This document shows positions 29,073 to 40,380 of a stretch of DNA of 64,000 bases, piece after piece. Below the pieces are notes generated by a model. That model worked only from the letters and a program-made list of their open reading frames with translations. It made no database searches and had not been told where the DNA came from. The first letter of the stretch is position 1. Every line of letters starts with the position of its first letter. The stretch is from an uncultured delta proteobacterium. Its GTDB lineage: Bacteria; Desulfobacterota; RBG-13-43-22. The position numbers and the translations under genes were made by a program. Location: NCBI GenBank assembly GCA_963743305.1, contig CAVUPH010000014.1, positions 320,001 to 384,000 on the forward strand, in the 5' to 3' direction.

Positions 29073-29713
29073 TGGGTCACCACCTTTGCTAAGTATTCGC
29101 CGATCAATATTTTTTGGTCGTTATCGTTGATATTCTTGCGAAGAATGTCTTCGGCCATTTTGACGGACAGTTCCGCCACCTCTTCCCGCAGCGCCTGGTT
29201 GGACTTCTGGATTTCCTGCTGGATGGTCAACTGGGCCTGCTCCACGATCCGAGAGGCCGTTTTTTCGGCGCTCTCAATGATCTTGGCCTTTTCACGTTCC
29301 CCTTCTTTTTTGAATTCTTTGACGATGGCCTCCCGTTCTTCTTTCAAGGCCCCCAGACGGGTTTCAAAATTCTGGAGTTCCCGCTTGGCATCCGCTTTTT
29401 TCTGTTCCAGTTCGTCCAATTCCTTCTGGATGTTTTCCCGGCGGCCGGCCAGACCTTGTTTCAGCGGCTTGCGCACCAGGACAACCAAGACCACAAAAAA
29501 GATAATGAAGTTGACGCTGCGCCAAAACAAACCCCACAGCCTTTCCGCGGATTCTCCCCCGCCGGCCGCCTCGCCACCATGCCCGCCGGAAGCGGCATAG
29601 ACCAGGCTGATGTTTAGAAGAAGGAATAACAGAAGGGGCAATAATAAAAGGAGGTGTTGGCTAAAACGGTGCTGCGTATTAAGTTTCCTAATCCTCTTCA
29701 TCCGAACGGCCAT
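29069..29713 (-). CDS. atpF: ATP synthase F0 subunit b
   Basis: TM segment WRSVNFIIF followed by coiled coil; operon position. Confidence 0.88.
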   Translation of the reverse strand: MAVRMKRIRKLNTQHRFSQHLLLLLPLLLFLLLNISLVYAASGGHGGEAAGGGESAERLWGLFWRSVNFIIFFVVLVVLVRKPLKQGLAGRRENIQKELDELEQKKADAKRELQNFETRLGALKEEREAIVKEFKKEGEREKAKIIESAEKTASRIVEQAQLTIQQEIQKSNQALREEVAELSVKMAEDILRKNINDNDQKILIGEYLAKVVTH

Positions 29714-30138
29714 TAAATGGTCCTCCCTAAGATTTTCTGGGCGATTTCCTGGGAAAAGGCGGCCATGTCCCCGGTCAGGCTTTTCCGGGCAGCCTCCAGT
29801 TGTTGGGCAATTTTTGAGCGGGCCTGGGTCAGCTCGCCGTCCACTTTCAGGTTGGCGGCCTGGACCAGCTTTTTTTCCTCCTCCTGGGCATCCAGTTTAA
29901 GCAGGTTCTTTTGCTCCATACCGGCCTTCCGGGCCTGTTGAATCTGTTCCTGAACCTCTTTTTCCTTCTGGCGCAGATTTTCTTGAACGGCAGTGCATTC
30001 CGAGGCCAATAAACCCATTTTTTCAGAACGCTGTTTAAGAATGGTCCGGATCGGTTTGTAGAGGAGGATGTTTAAGATCCACATTAAAAGAAGAATATTG
30101 ATGAGTTGAATAAAAAGAGACAGGTTAATGTCTATCAT
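29713..30138 (-). CDS. ATP synthase F0 subunit b'
   Basis: SLFIQLIN...LLYKPI plus coiled coil. Confidence 0.88.
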   Translation of the reverse strand: MIDINLSLFIQLINILLLMWILNILLYKPIRTILKQRSEKMGLLASECTAVQENLRQKEKEVQEQIQQARKAGMEQKNLLKLDAQEEEKKLVQAANLKVDGELTQARSKIAQQLEAARKSLTGDMAAFSQEIAQKILGRTI

Positions 30139-30364
30139 CTGGATAACCCTTTCATCTTGTTGTGGATAAGAATATGCGGCGCGCCCGGGCGGTGAAAATG
30201 ATTTTTTTCACACGGCGCAAACGGATGAACTATTATCGTATTTTTAGATATATGTCAAAGGTTTTTTTACAAAAACCGACTTTAATTTAGTCACATTATC
30301 TAGAATTGAAATCTTCTTCAGGCACAACATCTGGTATCCTCTAGGTCCATAACCCTCCTGATGG

Positions 30365-31471
30365 TTAAGATTGGATAATAAACCGACGCATCCGAATGTT
30401 TAATAGCAGACCAATCCCGATCAGGCTGGCCAGGATGGAAGACCCGCCGTAACTGATAAAGGGGAGCGGAACCCCCACTACGGGAACAAGCCCCACCACC
30501 ATCCCGATATTGATCACTCCCTGCCAGAAAAGAATAGCCGTCACCCCCAGGGCCAAGATCATGCCGAACCGGTCCTTGGCCTGGCGGGCGGTGTTCAAAG
30601 ACCAAAGTAACAAGACCAGATACAAGGTTAGTACGAAAAACGCCCCGATAAATCCCCACTCTTCGGCCAAAACGGAAAAGGCAAAATCCGTATGCTGCTC
30701 GGGCAAGAAGCGCAGTTGACCCTGGGTTCCTTTCATAAAGCCCTTCCCCAGGAAGGCCCCTGACCCTACGGCTATTTTGGATTGCAGGATGTGATACCCG
30801 GCTCCCAGGGGATCCGCTTCAGGTTGGATAAATATCAGAATTCGTTTCTTTTGATAATCCTTCAAGAAGTACCAGAGAAAAGGAAAGGCTACCAATAGCC
30901 CCCCCAGGGAGGTCAACAGGAGCTTCCATTCCACTCCCAGGAACAAGATGATGGAAAAAGCCGCCAGCAGCAGCAACAGCGCTGTTCCCAGATCCGGCTG
31001 CTTCATGATCAAAAGGGTCGGAAACAGAACCAGGGCCAGGGGTAGGTAGAGGTCCCTAAGGCCGTAGCTAAACGGTTTCTCATTTTGGGAAAAGTACTTG
31101 GCCAGGGCCAGAATCAAAGCGATCTTAACCAGTTCCGAGGGTTGGAAGGAAAAGGAGGCGATGGTGAACCAGCGCTGAGACCCGGAAATGCTTCGACCGA
31201 ATAACAGGACCCCCAGCAATAAGGCCACCGAAACCCCATATAACGGGTAGGCCAGAGAAAGCAATAGGTGGTAGTCGAAAACCACCACCACAATCAGGAA
31301 AAGGAGCCCGATGGCCGCCCAATAAATCTGTTTCATATAGATGGGGGTTTTCAGCCCCTCTTCTACCTGATAAGTGGCCGAATAGATATTGAGGACCCCG
31401 ATAAAAATCAAAGTCAGGGCGAACAAAATCAGATACCAATCAAAATTTTGGATTAATCGTCGGTCAATCAA
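30365..31471 (-). CDS. rodA: Rod shape-determining SEDS protein
   Basis: QPSELVK, QPDLGT, GYHILQSKIAVGSG, PEQHTDF, SYGGSS. Confidence 0.95.
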   Translation of the reverse strand: MIDRRLIQNFDWYLILFALTLIFIGVLNIYSATYQVEEGLKTPIYMKQIYWAAIGLLFLIVVVVFDYHLLLSLAYPLYGVSVALLLGVLLFGRSISGSQRWFTIASFSFQPSELVKIALILALAKYFSQNEKPFSYGLRDLYLPLALVLFPTLLIMKQPDLGTALLLLLAAFSIILFLGVEWKLLLTSLGGLLVAFPFLWYFLKDYQKKRILIFIQPEADPLGAGYHILQSKIAVGSGAFLGKGFMKGTQGQLRFLPEQHTDFAFSVLAEEWGFIGAFFVLTLYLVLLLWSLNTARQAKDRFGMILALGVTAILFWQGVINIGMVVGLVPVVGVPLPFISYGGSSILASLIGIGLLLNIRMRRFIIQS

Positions 31472-31567
31472 GGATAACCTCGCCAGGTTAATTCCAATGG
31501 TTCCACTAGTTCCCCTAACCGGGACTTATTCGCCCTCTTTTTGTTGACGGACTTTCCCGTAAGATCG

Positions 31568-33442
31568 TCAATCCGTAGGGTTCTCGACCACCGGCTCCGA
31601 GACATCCGTTCCCTCCGCCTTGGGAAGGGCCGCAGCCCTGGGCGCCAGAGCAAAAAAAGCCTCGAAGATTTTGCGGGCGATCGGGGCCGCCGCCTCTCCT
31701 CCGTGGCCCCCGTGTTCCACCACAACGGCCACTGCGATTTCAGGGGATTCCAGAGGGGCAAAAGCGACGAACCAGGCATGGTCGCGGCTGCTGCCCCCGA
31801 CCGCCTTTTTACCTAAAGTCACCACCTGGGCCGTTCCGGTCTTTCCGGCGGCAATAATGCCCGGTAACCGGCAGGCCGCCCCGGTACCACCCGGTTCATT
31901 GACCACTCCGGCCAGTCCTTGGCGGACCAGCTTGAGGGACTCCGCACTGACCTTTGCCTGTTGAATCAGTTGGGGTGGGTATTCCCCCAGCACCACTCCC
32001 TGGGGGGAAACCAACCGTTTGACCAATTGCGGACGATACACCGCCCCCCCGTTGGCCACGGCGGCCGTCAGCACGGCCATCTGCAGGGGAGTGACCAAGT
32101 CATAGCCTTGGCCGATGGAAATGGACAGGGTTTCCCCCGGCTGCCAGGGAGTTTTAAACCGATTTAACTTCCAAGCCGAGGAGGGGATCAATCCTTTTTT
32201 TTCATGGGGCAGGGAAATTCCGGTGAGCTCCCCCAATCCGAAAAGCCGCGCATAATGGGCCAGACGGTCCACGCCCACCCGCTGGCCTACCTGATAAAAG
32301 TAAACATCGCAGGATTGGACGATGGCTTTATGAAGCTCCACCTGACCGTGTCCCCCTTTCCGCCAACAGTGAAAGACCCGGTTGCCAAAAGGCAAAGCCC
32401 CATTGCAGTAGAATGACGTCGTGGGGGTAATCACGCCCTCTTCCAAGGCAGCCAAGGCCGTCACAATTTTATAGGTGGAACCCGGGGGATACTGCCCCTG
32501 GATGGCTCGATTTTGAAAAGGCTTTAAGGGATCATTGATCAGAGCGTTCCATTCCTTGCCCGAAAGGTGCCGGGAAAAGGTGGTCGGGTCAAAAGCCGGG
32601 GTGCTGACCATCGCCAGCACCTCGCCGGTGGCAGGTTTGAGGGCCACTACGGCCCCTGTTTTCCCTTTGAGCGCCTCCTGGGCCACCTGCTGGAGCTTCC
32701 AATCCAGGGTGGTGATCAGATTGTTCCCGGCCACCGATTCTTTATAGGAAAGAGGCCGGATTTCATCCCCCAGGGCGTCCACCTCTATATAGCGCCCCCC
32801 CTTGACCCCGCCGAGTTCCGATTGCCACTGGTATTCCAGTCCCCATTGACCGATAAAATCCCCCATCCGTCGTTGGGGGAAAAGGCCGCTTTTTATCTGC
32901 TTGGGGGTAATTTCACTGAGGTAGCCGATCAGATGAGGAGCTACCACCCCCAAGGGATAGTTGCGCTGAGGGCTGACCTCGATATAGATCCCCGGCAATA
33001 GATATTTATAGGTTTCGAGCAGTCCCAGTTCGTCCCGGCTGATATCCAATTTTATCGGTACCGGCTTCAATGGTCCGACCTTGCTATCGGAGTAGCGCTG
33101 CTCGATTTCCTCCGCATCCATTTTTAGCAGATGCCTCAAGCGGTTTTTAAGCACTCCCCAATCCTGGACATCATCCGGAATGACATAAAGGTTAAAGGAG
33201 GGCCGGGAACTGACCAGCATAATTCCATTACGATCAAAAATAATTCCCCTGGAGGGCGGCACGTCCAGGACCCGGATGCGATTATTTTCTGAAAGTTGCT
33301 TGAAATAAGTCCCCTTGGCAATCTGCAGGTACCAGATACGAACCACCAGGGCGAAAAACACAGCTAAGATGATCAAGGTAGCGATAAAAAATCGCTTCAA
33401 GACATCCAGGGGTTCATTGGTCAGGAGCTGAAAAATGGACAT
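31568..33442 (-). CDS. mrdA: Penicillin-binding protein 2
   Basis: PGSTYK, SCD, KTGT; mre operon context. Confidence 0.95.
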   Translation of the reverse strand: MSIFQLLTNEPLDVLKRFFIATLIILAVFFALVVRIWYLQIAKGTYFKQLSENNRIRVLDVPPSRGIIFDRNGIMLVSSRPSFNLYVIPDDVQDWGVLKNRLRHLLKMDAEEIEQRYSDSKVGPLKPVPIKLDISRDELGLLETYKYLLPGIYIEVSPQRNYPLGVVAPHLIGYLSEITPKQIKSGLFPQRRMGDFIGQWGLEYQWQSELGGVKGGRYIEVDALGDEIRPLSYKESVAGNNLITTLDWKLQQVAQEALKGKTGAVVALKPATGEVLAMVSTPAFDPTTFSRHLSGKEWNALINDPLKPFQNRAIQGQYPPGSTYKIVTALAALEEGVITPTTSFYCNGALPFGNRVFHCWRKGGHGQVELHKAIVQSCDVYFYQVGQRVGVDRLAHYARLFGLGELTGISLPHEKKGLIPSSAWKLNRFKTPWQPGETLSISIGQGYDLVTPLQMAVLTAAVANGGAVYRPQLVKRLVSPQGVVLGEYPPQLIQQAKVSAESLKLVRQGLAGVVNEPGGTGAACRLPGIIAAGKTGTAQVVTLGKKAVGGSSRDHAWFVAFAPLESPEIAVAVVVEHGGHGGEAAAPIARKIFEAFFALAPRAAALPKAEGTDVSEPVVENPTD

Positions 33443-33452
33443 AGCCGATTTA

Positions 33453-33947
33453 TTAATGGAGAGGCAGTCTCTTTTTCATCAGGTGCCGATGAAAGTAGAC
33501 CAGCGGCAACCCGATCAACATGGTAATCAGGCCCTGCACCAGTATGTAGAGCACCTGGATTTGGGAAAATTCAACACCGACATTTATTCTTAATAGGACC
33601 TGGACCAGGAAAACGTAAAAAACCTGGAGCACGAAAATGGAAACGAATTGTATCCACAGGGATTGCAACTGGGTGCGGGTCCAGATCAGGTGGCACAACA
33701 AAAAAATCAAAGGATAGAGGATCAAGGTCAATCCCAGCATGTCCCAGGAAAGGATGTCCACCAGCATGCCCAAAAAGGCGCTGATCAGGAGCCCCGAGCC
33801 GAACTGGCTTAACGTGCCCAGGAGTGTGACCAGGACGAAAACCAGGTCCAGCCGGAAAGGGTTGATTTCCTCCCCGTAAAACCAGGTGGATTGCAGGACC
33901 AGAAAGGCTATTCCAATCCCCAACCAGATAAAAAAATCCTTAATCAC
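33453..33947 (-). CDS. mreD: Rod shape-determining protein MreD
   Basis: Hydrophobic ~164 aa protein between mreC and mrdA. Confidence 0.75.
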   Translation of the reverse strand: MIKDFFIWLGIGIAFLVLQSTWFYGEEINPFRLDLVFVLVTLLGTLSQFGSGLLISAFLGMLVDILSWDMLGLTLILYPLIFLLCHLIWTRTQLQSLWIQFVSIFVLQVFYVFLVQVLLRINVGVEFSQIQVLYILVQGLITMLIGLPLVYFHRHLMKKRLPLH

Positions 33948-34788
33948 TGGGGGAGTCGTCCTCCAGAGAAGCAAACCGGGGTTTTTTCTGGATGACCAGG
34001 ACCTCTTCGATCTGTCCCAGGTTGACTTGGGGACTGACCTCAACGAACAAAAAGTTGCCCTTGACTTGCGAAACCACCCTTTTTACCCTCCCCAGGGTGA
34101 TCCCTTTGGGAAACAATTCATCCAGCCCGGAGGTGATTATGGTGTCGCCGGTCTGGATATCGTCATTGCGGGAAACATATTTAAGCTGACAAAACCCGTC
34201 GGGATGACCGGTCCAAATCCCCCGGACACGGGATCGCTGGCTGAGGCAATCCACCGCAAAGCCCGGGTCGTTTAACAAAAGGACCTGCGCGTGGTGTTCC
34301 GAGGTTTTTTCCAGTCGGCCTACCAGACCGTCGACCTGAAGGACCGGCATCCCCCGGACCAATCCATCTTTTCGGCCCTTATTGATAAACAAGGCCTGCA
34401 GGAAGGGGCTGGGCCCCCTCCCCACCACTTCAGCGATCTGGGCGGGTCCGCCAATTTGCGTCTTTAGTTGAAACAGCTTGCGCAGGCGTAATTCCGACTG
34501 AATCTGTTCCCGCAATCGGCTGTTTTCGCTTCGAAGTTGGGCCAACTGCTTTTTAAGCTGTTCATTGTCGTCCTGGGTGTGCACTAAATAGAAATAATGA
34601 TCCCAACCCGAGAGGACCGATATCTTGAGGGTATTAAAAATAGAAAAAACGGGGAGGAGGCCGTCGACGATGGAGCTTTCTACCCGATTATAGTCTCGCT
34701 GACGATGGGTCAGGGTAGAAAATAAAGCCAGCAGTACCAGGAGGCCGAGCCAGACGAGCAGCACATTGCGCAATTTTTTAATAAACAC
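33940..34788 (-). CDS. mreC: Rod shape-determining protein MreC
   Basis: TM plus coiled coil, INKG..DG, GLVGR, TSGLD..FPKG. Confidence 0.92.
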   Translation of the reverse strand: MFIKKLRNVLLVWLGLLVLLALFSTLTHRQRDYNRVESSIVDGLLPVFSIFNTLKISVLSGWDHYFYLVHTQDDNEQLKKQLAQLRSENSRLREQIQSELRLRKLFQLKTQIGGPAQIAEVVGRGPSPFLQALFINKGRKDGLVRGMPVLQVDGLVGRLEKTSEHHAQVLLLNDPGFAVDCLSQRSRVRGIWTGHPDGFCQLKYVSRNDDIQTGDTIITSGLDELFPKGITLGRVKRVVSQVKGNFLFVEVSPQVNLGQIEEVLVIQKKPRFASLEDDSPSD

Positions 34789-34823
34789 GCCACGTTTCCG
34801 GGATCAAGGAGGATGAGGTTGCT

Positions 34824-35864
<1,041 letters not shown>

Positions 35865-36129
35865 TTAAAACGTTCAAAACCGGGCCTTTGTCGGGCCAAT
35901 CGGCTGCTTTTACCATAAATAATAAATCTATCAAACTAATCTATCTAATACAAGGTTTATTTGGATTTTCACTTTCCAGGGAAGCGGTTCGGTGGGTATT
36001 CTCCTGCAAATCAATCGGACCAACAAAATTCTTCCCTAGTCGCCATTCTCCCAAGTTCGTCTTTTTCTTTATTCCCAGTATGGTATAGTAGGAAGGGTTA
36101 TACGGTTACCGGCCAAAAGGAGTGCACTG

Positions 36130-36870
36130 ATGAAGCGTCTCAACTGGCAATTATTTCTGGTCATCTTTCTTCTCGGCCTTTCGGCCTGCTTTTACCTGTT
36201 GCAGATCGAACTCTTTCATCGACTGGAAGATACGGCCTTTTACTTCTTTCAAGACCTGGCCTTTGTTCCGATCCAGGTGCTGTTGGTCACCCTGATTATC
36301 AACCAGGTGCTGGCCGCTCGGGAAAGAAAGTCCACCCTGAAAAAACTGAATATGATCATCGGGGTCTTTTACTACGAAATCGGGACACCGTTGCTAAAAT
36401 TCTTTTATCGACTGGAACCCCGAGCCGAGGAGATCAAAGAAAATCTCTGGGTGCAGGAACACTGGTCCAAGAAGCAATTTGCCCGGTCCAGTAAACTTTT
36501 TAAAAGGTTTAAATACCGGGTGGAAATCCGGTTGGACTTGCTCGAAGAAATGCGGGTTTTTTTGATGGCCAAGCGGGAAATGATGCTCCGTCTGCTGGAG
36601 AACCCCAATCTGCTGGAACATGACGCCTTCACCGATATGATGCTGGCGGTCTTTCATCTTCATGACGAACTGGCCAGCCGTGAGGCCTTTGGCGAGCTGC
36701 CGGAAAACGACCTGGCCCATCTGTCCGGGGACATCAAGCGGGCCATGCAGTGGGTGGTTTCGGAATGGCTGCTTTACTTAAGGCATCTCCAGGAAAACTA
36801 TCCGTACCTTTATTCCCTCGAGGTGAGGAAAAACCCCTTTGACCCTGAAGCCTCCGCCATCGTAAAATAA
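36130..36870 (+). CDS. Hypothetical membrane protein (2 TM)
   Basis: DLAFVPIQVLLVT, KLNMIIGVF, LLENPNLLEH, HLSGDIKR; GGAG RBS. Confidence 0.75.
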   Translation: MKRLNWQLFLVIFLLGLSACFYLLQIELFHRLEDTAFYFFQDLAFVPIQVLLVTLIINQVLAARERKSTLKKLNMIIGVFYYEIGTPLLKFFYRLEPRAEEIKENLWVQEHWSKKQFARSSKLFKRFKYRVEIRLDLLEEMRVFLMAKREMMLRLLENPNLLEHDAFTDMMLAVFHLHDELASREAFGELPENDLAHLSGDIKRAMQWVVSEWLLYLRHLQENYPYLYSLEVRKNPFDPEASAIVK

Positions 36871-36887
36871 GTAAGAAGAAATATAAC

Positions 36888-39158
36888 ATGCCTCCCACGG
36901 CTATGAAAAGAGAAATCAGTTGCCAAAACTTTCGCGGCCTGTTGGTCTACCTAGGCAAACATTACGGGGAAGCGGCGATCCAAAAAGTCACCGAGGGACT
37001 GGTGAACAATGACCACTACTTGCTGGCCGACCAAAAAGATCCGTCACGGCTCACGCAGGTTCAAGAACGACACTTGATGGATTCGTCCTACTGGGTCTCC
37101 AATGAATTTTCCCTCCGCTTGCTCGCTAGTGTTAAAAAGGTGGTTCCCGGACCCGACCCCCTGTTTACCGCCGGGGAAGGGGCGACCCTGGAAAACTTTT
37201 CCCGAAATACCCTATTTGTCGCCAGGGTCGTCGGGCCCAAAGTCCTGGCCAGACAGGCCCCGCGGTTAAACGCCCTGTTTAACAAAACCAAAACCGTTGA
37301 ACTCCCGGCTTTAAGCGACCATTCTGCTACGTTCCGGCTTACCTATCTTCCCGACGTTCGGGTGACAGAAGATGTTTGTCATTGGAATCGCGGCATCTAT
37401 TCCGGGATTACCCGCTCGACCGGGGCGAAAGACGTAGAAGTCCGGGAAACGACCTGTGTCCTGGCCGGGGATCCCTATTGTACCCTTCAGGTTACCTGGA
37501 AAAGGGTTGGCCTAGCTAAGCAACTCTTTCGCCAGTTGATGAAAGCCGGATTATCCGATCTGATCGCCGATTATGGAAAGGCTCTGCAGGATCGCGATCA
37601 ACTGATCGAGGAGCTCTCCCGCTCCGAACAGAGGTATCGGTCTTTAACCGACCATTCCCTGACCGGGATTTTCATTGCTCAAGATCAGGGCTTTATTTAC
37701 GTTAATGACGGTCTGGCGAAAATACTCGGTTTTTCCTCGGATGAATTGATCGGAAAATCCTTCGCCGACCTGGTACTCTCCGATTATACCGAGGCGGTTC
37801 AATCCCTCGATAGTTCCGCGAGTGGAGGTGAACAAGCGGCTCAACGCGGTGAACTTCAAGTACGACGAAAAGACGGCTCCTTCGTCTGGCTGGAAATCCT
37901 GTCCTCCACCATCCCTTTTAGGGATTCCCAGGCCCGTATGGGAAATGTGATTGATATCAGTGCCCGTAAAACGGCAGAAGAAGAGAAAAGGAGCTTGGAG
38001 GAGCGGCTTTTACGATCCCAAAAAATGGAGGCCCTGGGTCTATTGGCTGGAGGAGTAGCCCACGATCTCAACAACATCCTCTCCGGAATCGTCACCTATC
38101 CCGAATTACTCCTTTTGGACCTGCCTGAAGAAAGCCCCTTACGTCAACCCCTGATCACCATCCAGGATTCCGGGCTAAAGGCGGTGACCATCATCCAAGA
38201 CCTGTTGACTTTGGCCCGGCGGGGCGTTACCCAGACACAAGTGACCAACCTGAATGATCTGATCTCGACCTACCTCCGCTCACCGGAACATGAAAAAATA
38301 ATGAGCTTTCATCCCGGCATCCGGATCAAGACCTCCCTGGAAGCCGATCTGCCCAATATTTCCGGATCACCGACCCATTTAGTAAAAACCGTCATGAATC
38401 TGGTCTCCAACGCCGCCGAGGCCCAACCCGGGGAGGGAGAGATCTTGATCTCAACCGAGAGCTGCTACCTGGACAGCCCTTTTAAGGGCTATCAGACAGT
38501 CCCCGAGGGAGAATATGCCCTTTTAAAAATTCAGGACAGGGGAATCGGCATTGCTCCCGAGGATCTCCAGCGCATTTTTGAGCCCTTTTATACCAAAAAA
38601 GTCATGGGCCGGAGCGGGACCGGTTTAGGAATGGCCGTGGTTTGGGGCACGGTCCAAGATCATCGGGGCTACCTTCAAGTGACCAGCGAAATAGGTCGGG
38701 GAAGTGCCTTTGCCCTCTATTTCCCCATTACCCGTCAGGCCAGGGGCCCGGAGATTGAAAGCCTCCCCTTAGAGGCCTATTTGGGGCACCAGGAAAAAGT
38801 CCTGGTGATTGATGATCTCCTCGAACAGCGAGAAATCGCTCAGAAGATATTAATCCGGCTGGGCTACCAGGTCTTTTCCGTAGCCAGCGGCGAAGAAGCC
38901 GTTGAATTCCTAAAGAACACCCCCGTGGATGTTTTATTGCTGGATATGATCATGGATCCTGGAATCGATGGCCTGGAAACCTATCAAAGAATCCTGAAAA
39001 TCCATCCCCGGCAAAAGGCCGTTATCTCCAGCGGGTTTTCAGAAACCGACCGTGTCTTGGAGGCCCAATGCCTAGGGGCCAGGGGTTACCTGAAAAAACC
39101 CTACACCCTGGAAAAATTGGGACTGGCCCTCCGAGAAGAACTGCATCGCTTAGAATAA
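36888..39158 (+). CDS. Hybrid histidine kinase (V4R-like, PAS, HisKA, HATPase, REC)
   Basis: AHDLNN, NLVSNA, DRGIG, FEPFYT, GTGLG, LLDMIM; N-terminal C..E..C....C. Confidence 0.9.
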   Translation: MPPTAMKREISCQNFRGLLVYLGKHYGEAAIQKVTEGLVNNDHYLLADQKDPSRLTQVQERHLMDSSYWVSNEFSLRLLASVKKVVPGPDPLFTAGEGATLENFSRNTLFVARVVGPKVLARQAPRLNALFNKTKTVELPALSDHSATFRLTYLPDVRVTEDVCHWNRGIYSGITRSTGAKDVEVRETTCVLAGDPYCTLQVTWKRVGLAKQLFRQLMKAGLSDLIADYGKALQDRDQLIEELSRSEQRYRSLTDHSLTGIFIAQDQGFIYVNDGLAKILGFSSDELIGKSFADLVLSDYTEAVQSLDSSASGGEQAAQRGELQVRRKDGSFVWLEILSSTIPFRDSQARMGNVIDISARKTAEEEKRSLEERLLRSQKMEALGLLAGGVAHDLNNILSGIVTYPELLLLDLPEESPLRQPLITIQDSGLKAVTIIQDLLTLARRGVTQTQVTNLNDLISTYLRSPEHEKIMSFHPGIRIKTSLEADLPNISGSPTHLVKTVMNLVSNAAEAQPGEGEILISTESCYLDSPFKGYQTVPEGEYALLKIQDRGIGIAPEDLQRIFEPFYTKKVMGRSGTGLGMAVVWGTVQDHRGYLQVTSEIGRGSAFALYFPITRQARGPEIESLPLEAYLGHQEKVLVIDDLLEQREIAQKILIRLGYQVFSVASGEEAVEFLKNTPVDVLLLDMIMDPGIDGLETYQRILKIHPRQKAVISSGFSETDRVLEAQCLGARGYLKKPYTLEKLGLALREELHRLE

Positions 39159-39256
39159 CCTTGATAATAATGCGCTAATTCAACAGATTATCCGCGATTT
39201 TTGCGGAAAGGCCGGTTCGTCCCAGGAAAGGAGGGGAGACTGGATCGGCCGGGAAT

Positions 39257-39583
39257 CTATCGACAGAGTAAAGATTTAATAATCGCCTTTTGTTCCTCAG
39301 CCGACACTTCGGCTACCTCTTCGGCCGCCTTTCGGCCGTCTTGGAAGAGACAGAGGGTCGGATACCGTTCCACCTTGAGATCCATCTTGGAAAGCGGATT
39401 TTTATCCACATCCATCTTCAGGAAACAGACCTGCGTATATTCCGGCAAACAGGAAATAGTTTCTAAAAGGGGCAGGATCCGCTGACAATCCCCACACCAG
39501 GGCGCATAGGCCAATAAGAGTACCGGCCCTTCCTTTCCTAGAACTTCTTTTTTGTAATCGTCATCCTTAATTTCACTGATCAT
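39257..39583 (-). CDS. Thioredoxin
   Basis: YAPWCGDC, KMDVD, YPTL. Confidence 0.85.
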   Translation of the reverse strand: MISEIKDDDYKKEVLGKEGPVLLLAYAPWCGDCQRILPLLETISCLPEYTQVCFLKMDVDKNPLSKMDLKVERYPTLCLFQDGRKAAEEVAEVSAEEQKAIIKSLLCR

Positions 39584-39599
39584 GGAATACGCTCCTTTC

Positions 39600-40367
39600 C
39601 TAAGTATCAAAGCCCGGTCGAATGAAGTCCCTGGCCAGGGGAAATTCTTTCTCGACCATTTCTCTCAAGCGAGTAAGCTGATTTACGATTTTTCTCATTG
39701 CCACTCCCGGCCCTTCCCACTGGGCGGCCAATTCTCCCCAGGCGCTCAAGGACCGATCCATCCCGATCAAGGCTATTTTGGCCGATCCATTGGAATCCTT
39801 CGGAAAATCATCCGCTTCCGTCTCCATTTCTTCCGCCTTGCTTAGCAAGGCCCGGCTCAGTTTTGGAGGCAGAAAAACCTGATACCAGAGAATAACCTCC
39901 ACGGCCTCTTTTCGGGAAATCGGAGGTTCCTGGGGATTCGAGGCCGCTCCGACTACATGAAGATGATTAGGGGAGGGCGTAGGTTCCGGTTCAAGCCAGT
40001 CGCCGTTGTTTTTCACCCACTCGTCGACCAAAAGCGCATATCGTTGGGCCATCGTCGGCAGCAGGTGAACCACCCGGGGTTTATCTGCCTCCGGTTCATC
40101 CACCACCGCCTCCAAATCGATCCCTTCTTCTTCCGCCAGGTCCTGCAACAGACTGAAGGCCATCTCCAGGGATTCCGAAATTTTTTTCCAGAACCGATCA
40201 TTGGCCAGATCCAGGTCTTCGGCCCGGGTCCCCGAATCCTCTTCCATCGCAAAAGTCAAACAGCGCGCGGTCAACGGACAGCGTTCGCACCAGCGGTCAC
40301 AATAATTATATATTCCCGGTATATGCCGGGGATTTTTTGCCCGTCTCAAGAGCTCTTCTTTATCCAC
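39600..40367 (-). CDS. Hypothetical protein with N-terminal 4-Cys motif
   Basis: YNYCDRWCERCPLTARC; DSNGSAKIAL; FIRPGFD. Confidence 0.75.
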   Translation of the reverse strand: MDKEELLRRAKNPRHIPGIYNYCDRWCERCPLTARCLTFAMEEDSGTRAEDLDLANDRFWKKISESLEMAFSLLQDLAEEEGIDLEAVVDEPEADKPRVVHLLPTMAQRYALLVDEWVKNNGDWLEPEPTPSPNHLHVVGAASNPQEPPISRKEAVEVILWYQVFLPPKLSRALLSKAEEMETEADDFPKDSNGSAKIALIGMDRSLSAWGELAAQWEGPGVAMRKIVNQLTRLREMVEKEFPLARDFIRPGFDT

Positions 40368-40380
40368 TGGGTGCTGTTCC

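Noticed and set aside
30161-30169. Perfect DnaA box TGTGGATAA upstream of the atp operon
   Set aside because: A single 9-mer can occur by chance; another lies inside atpD
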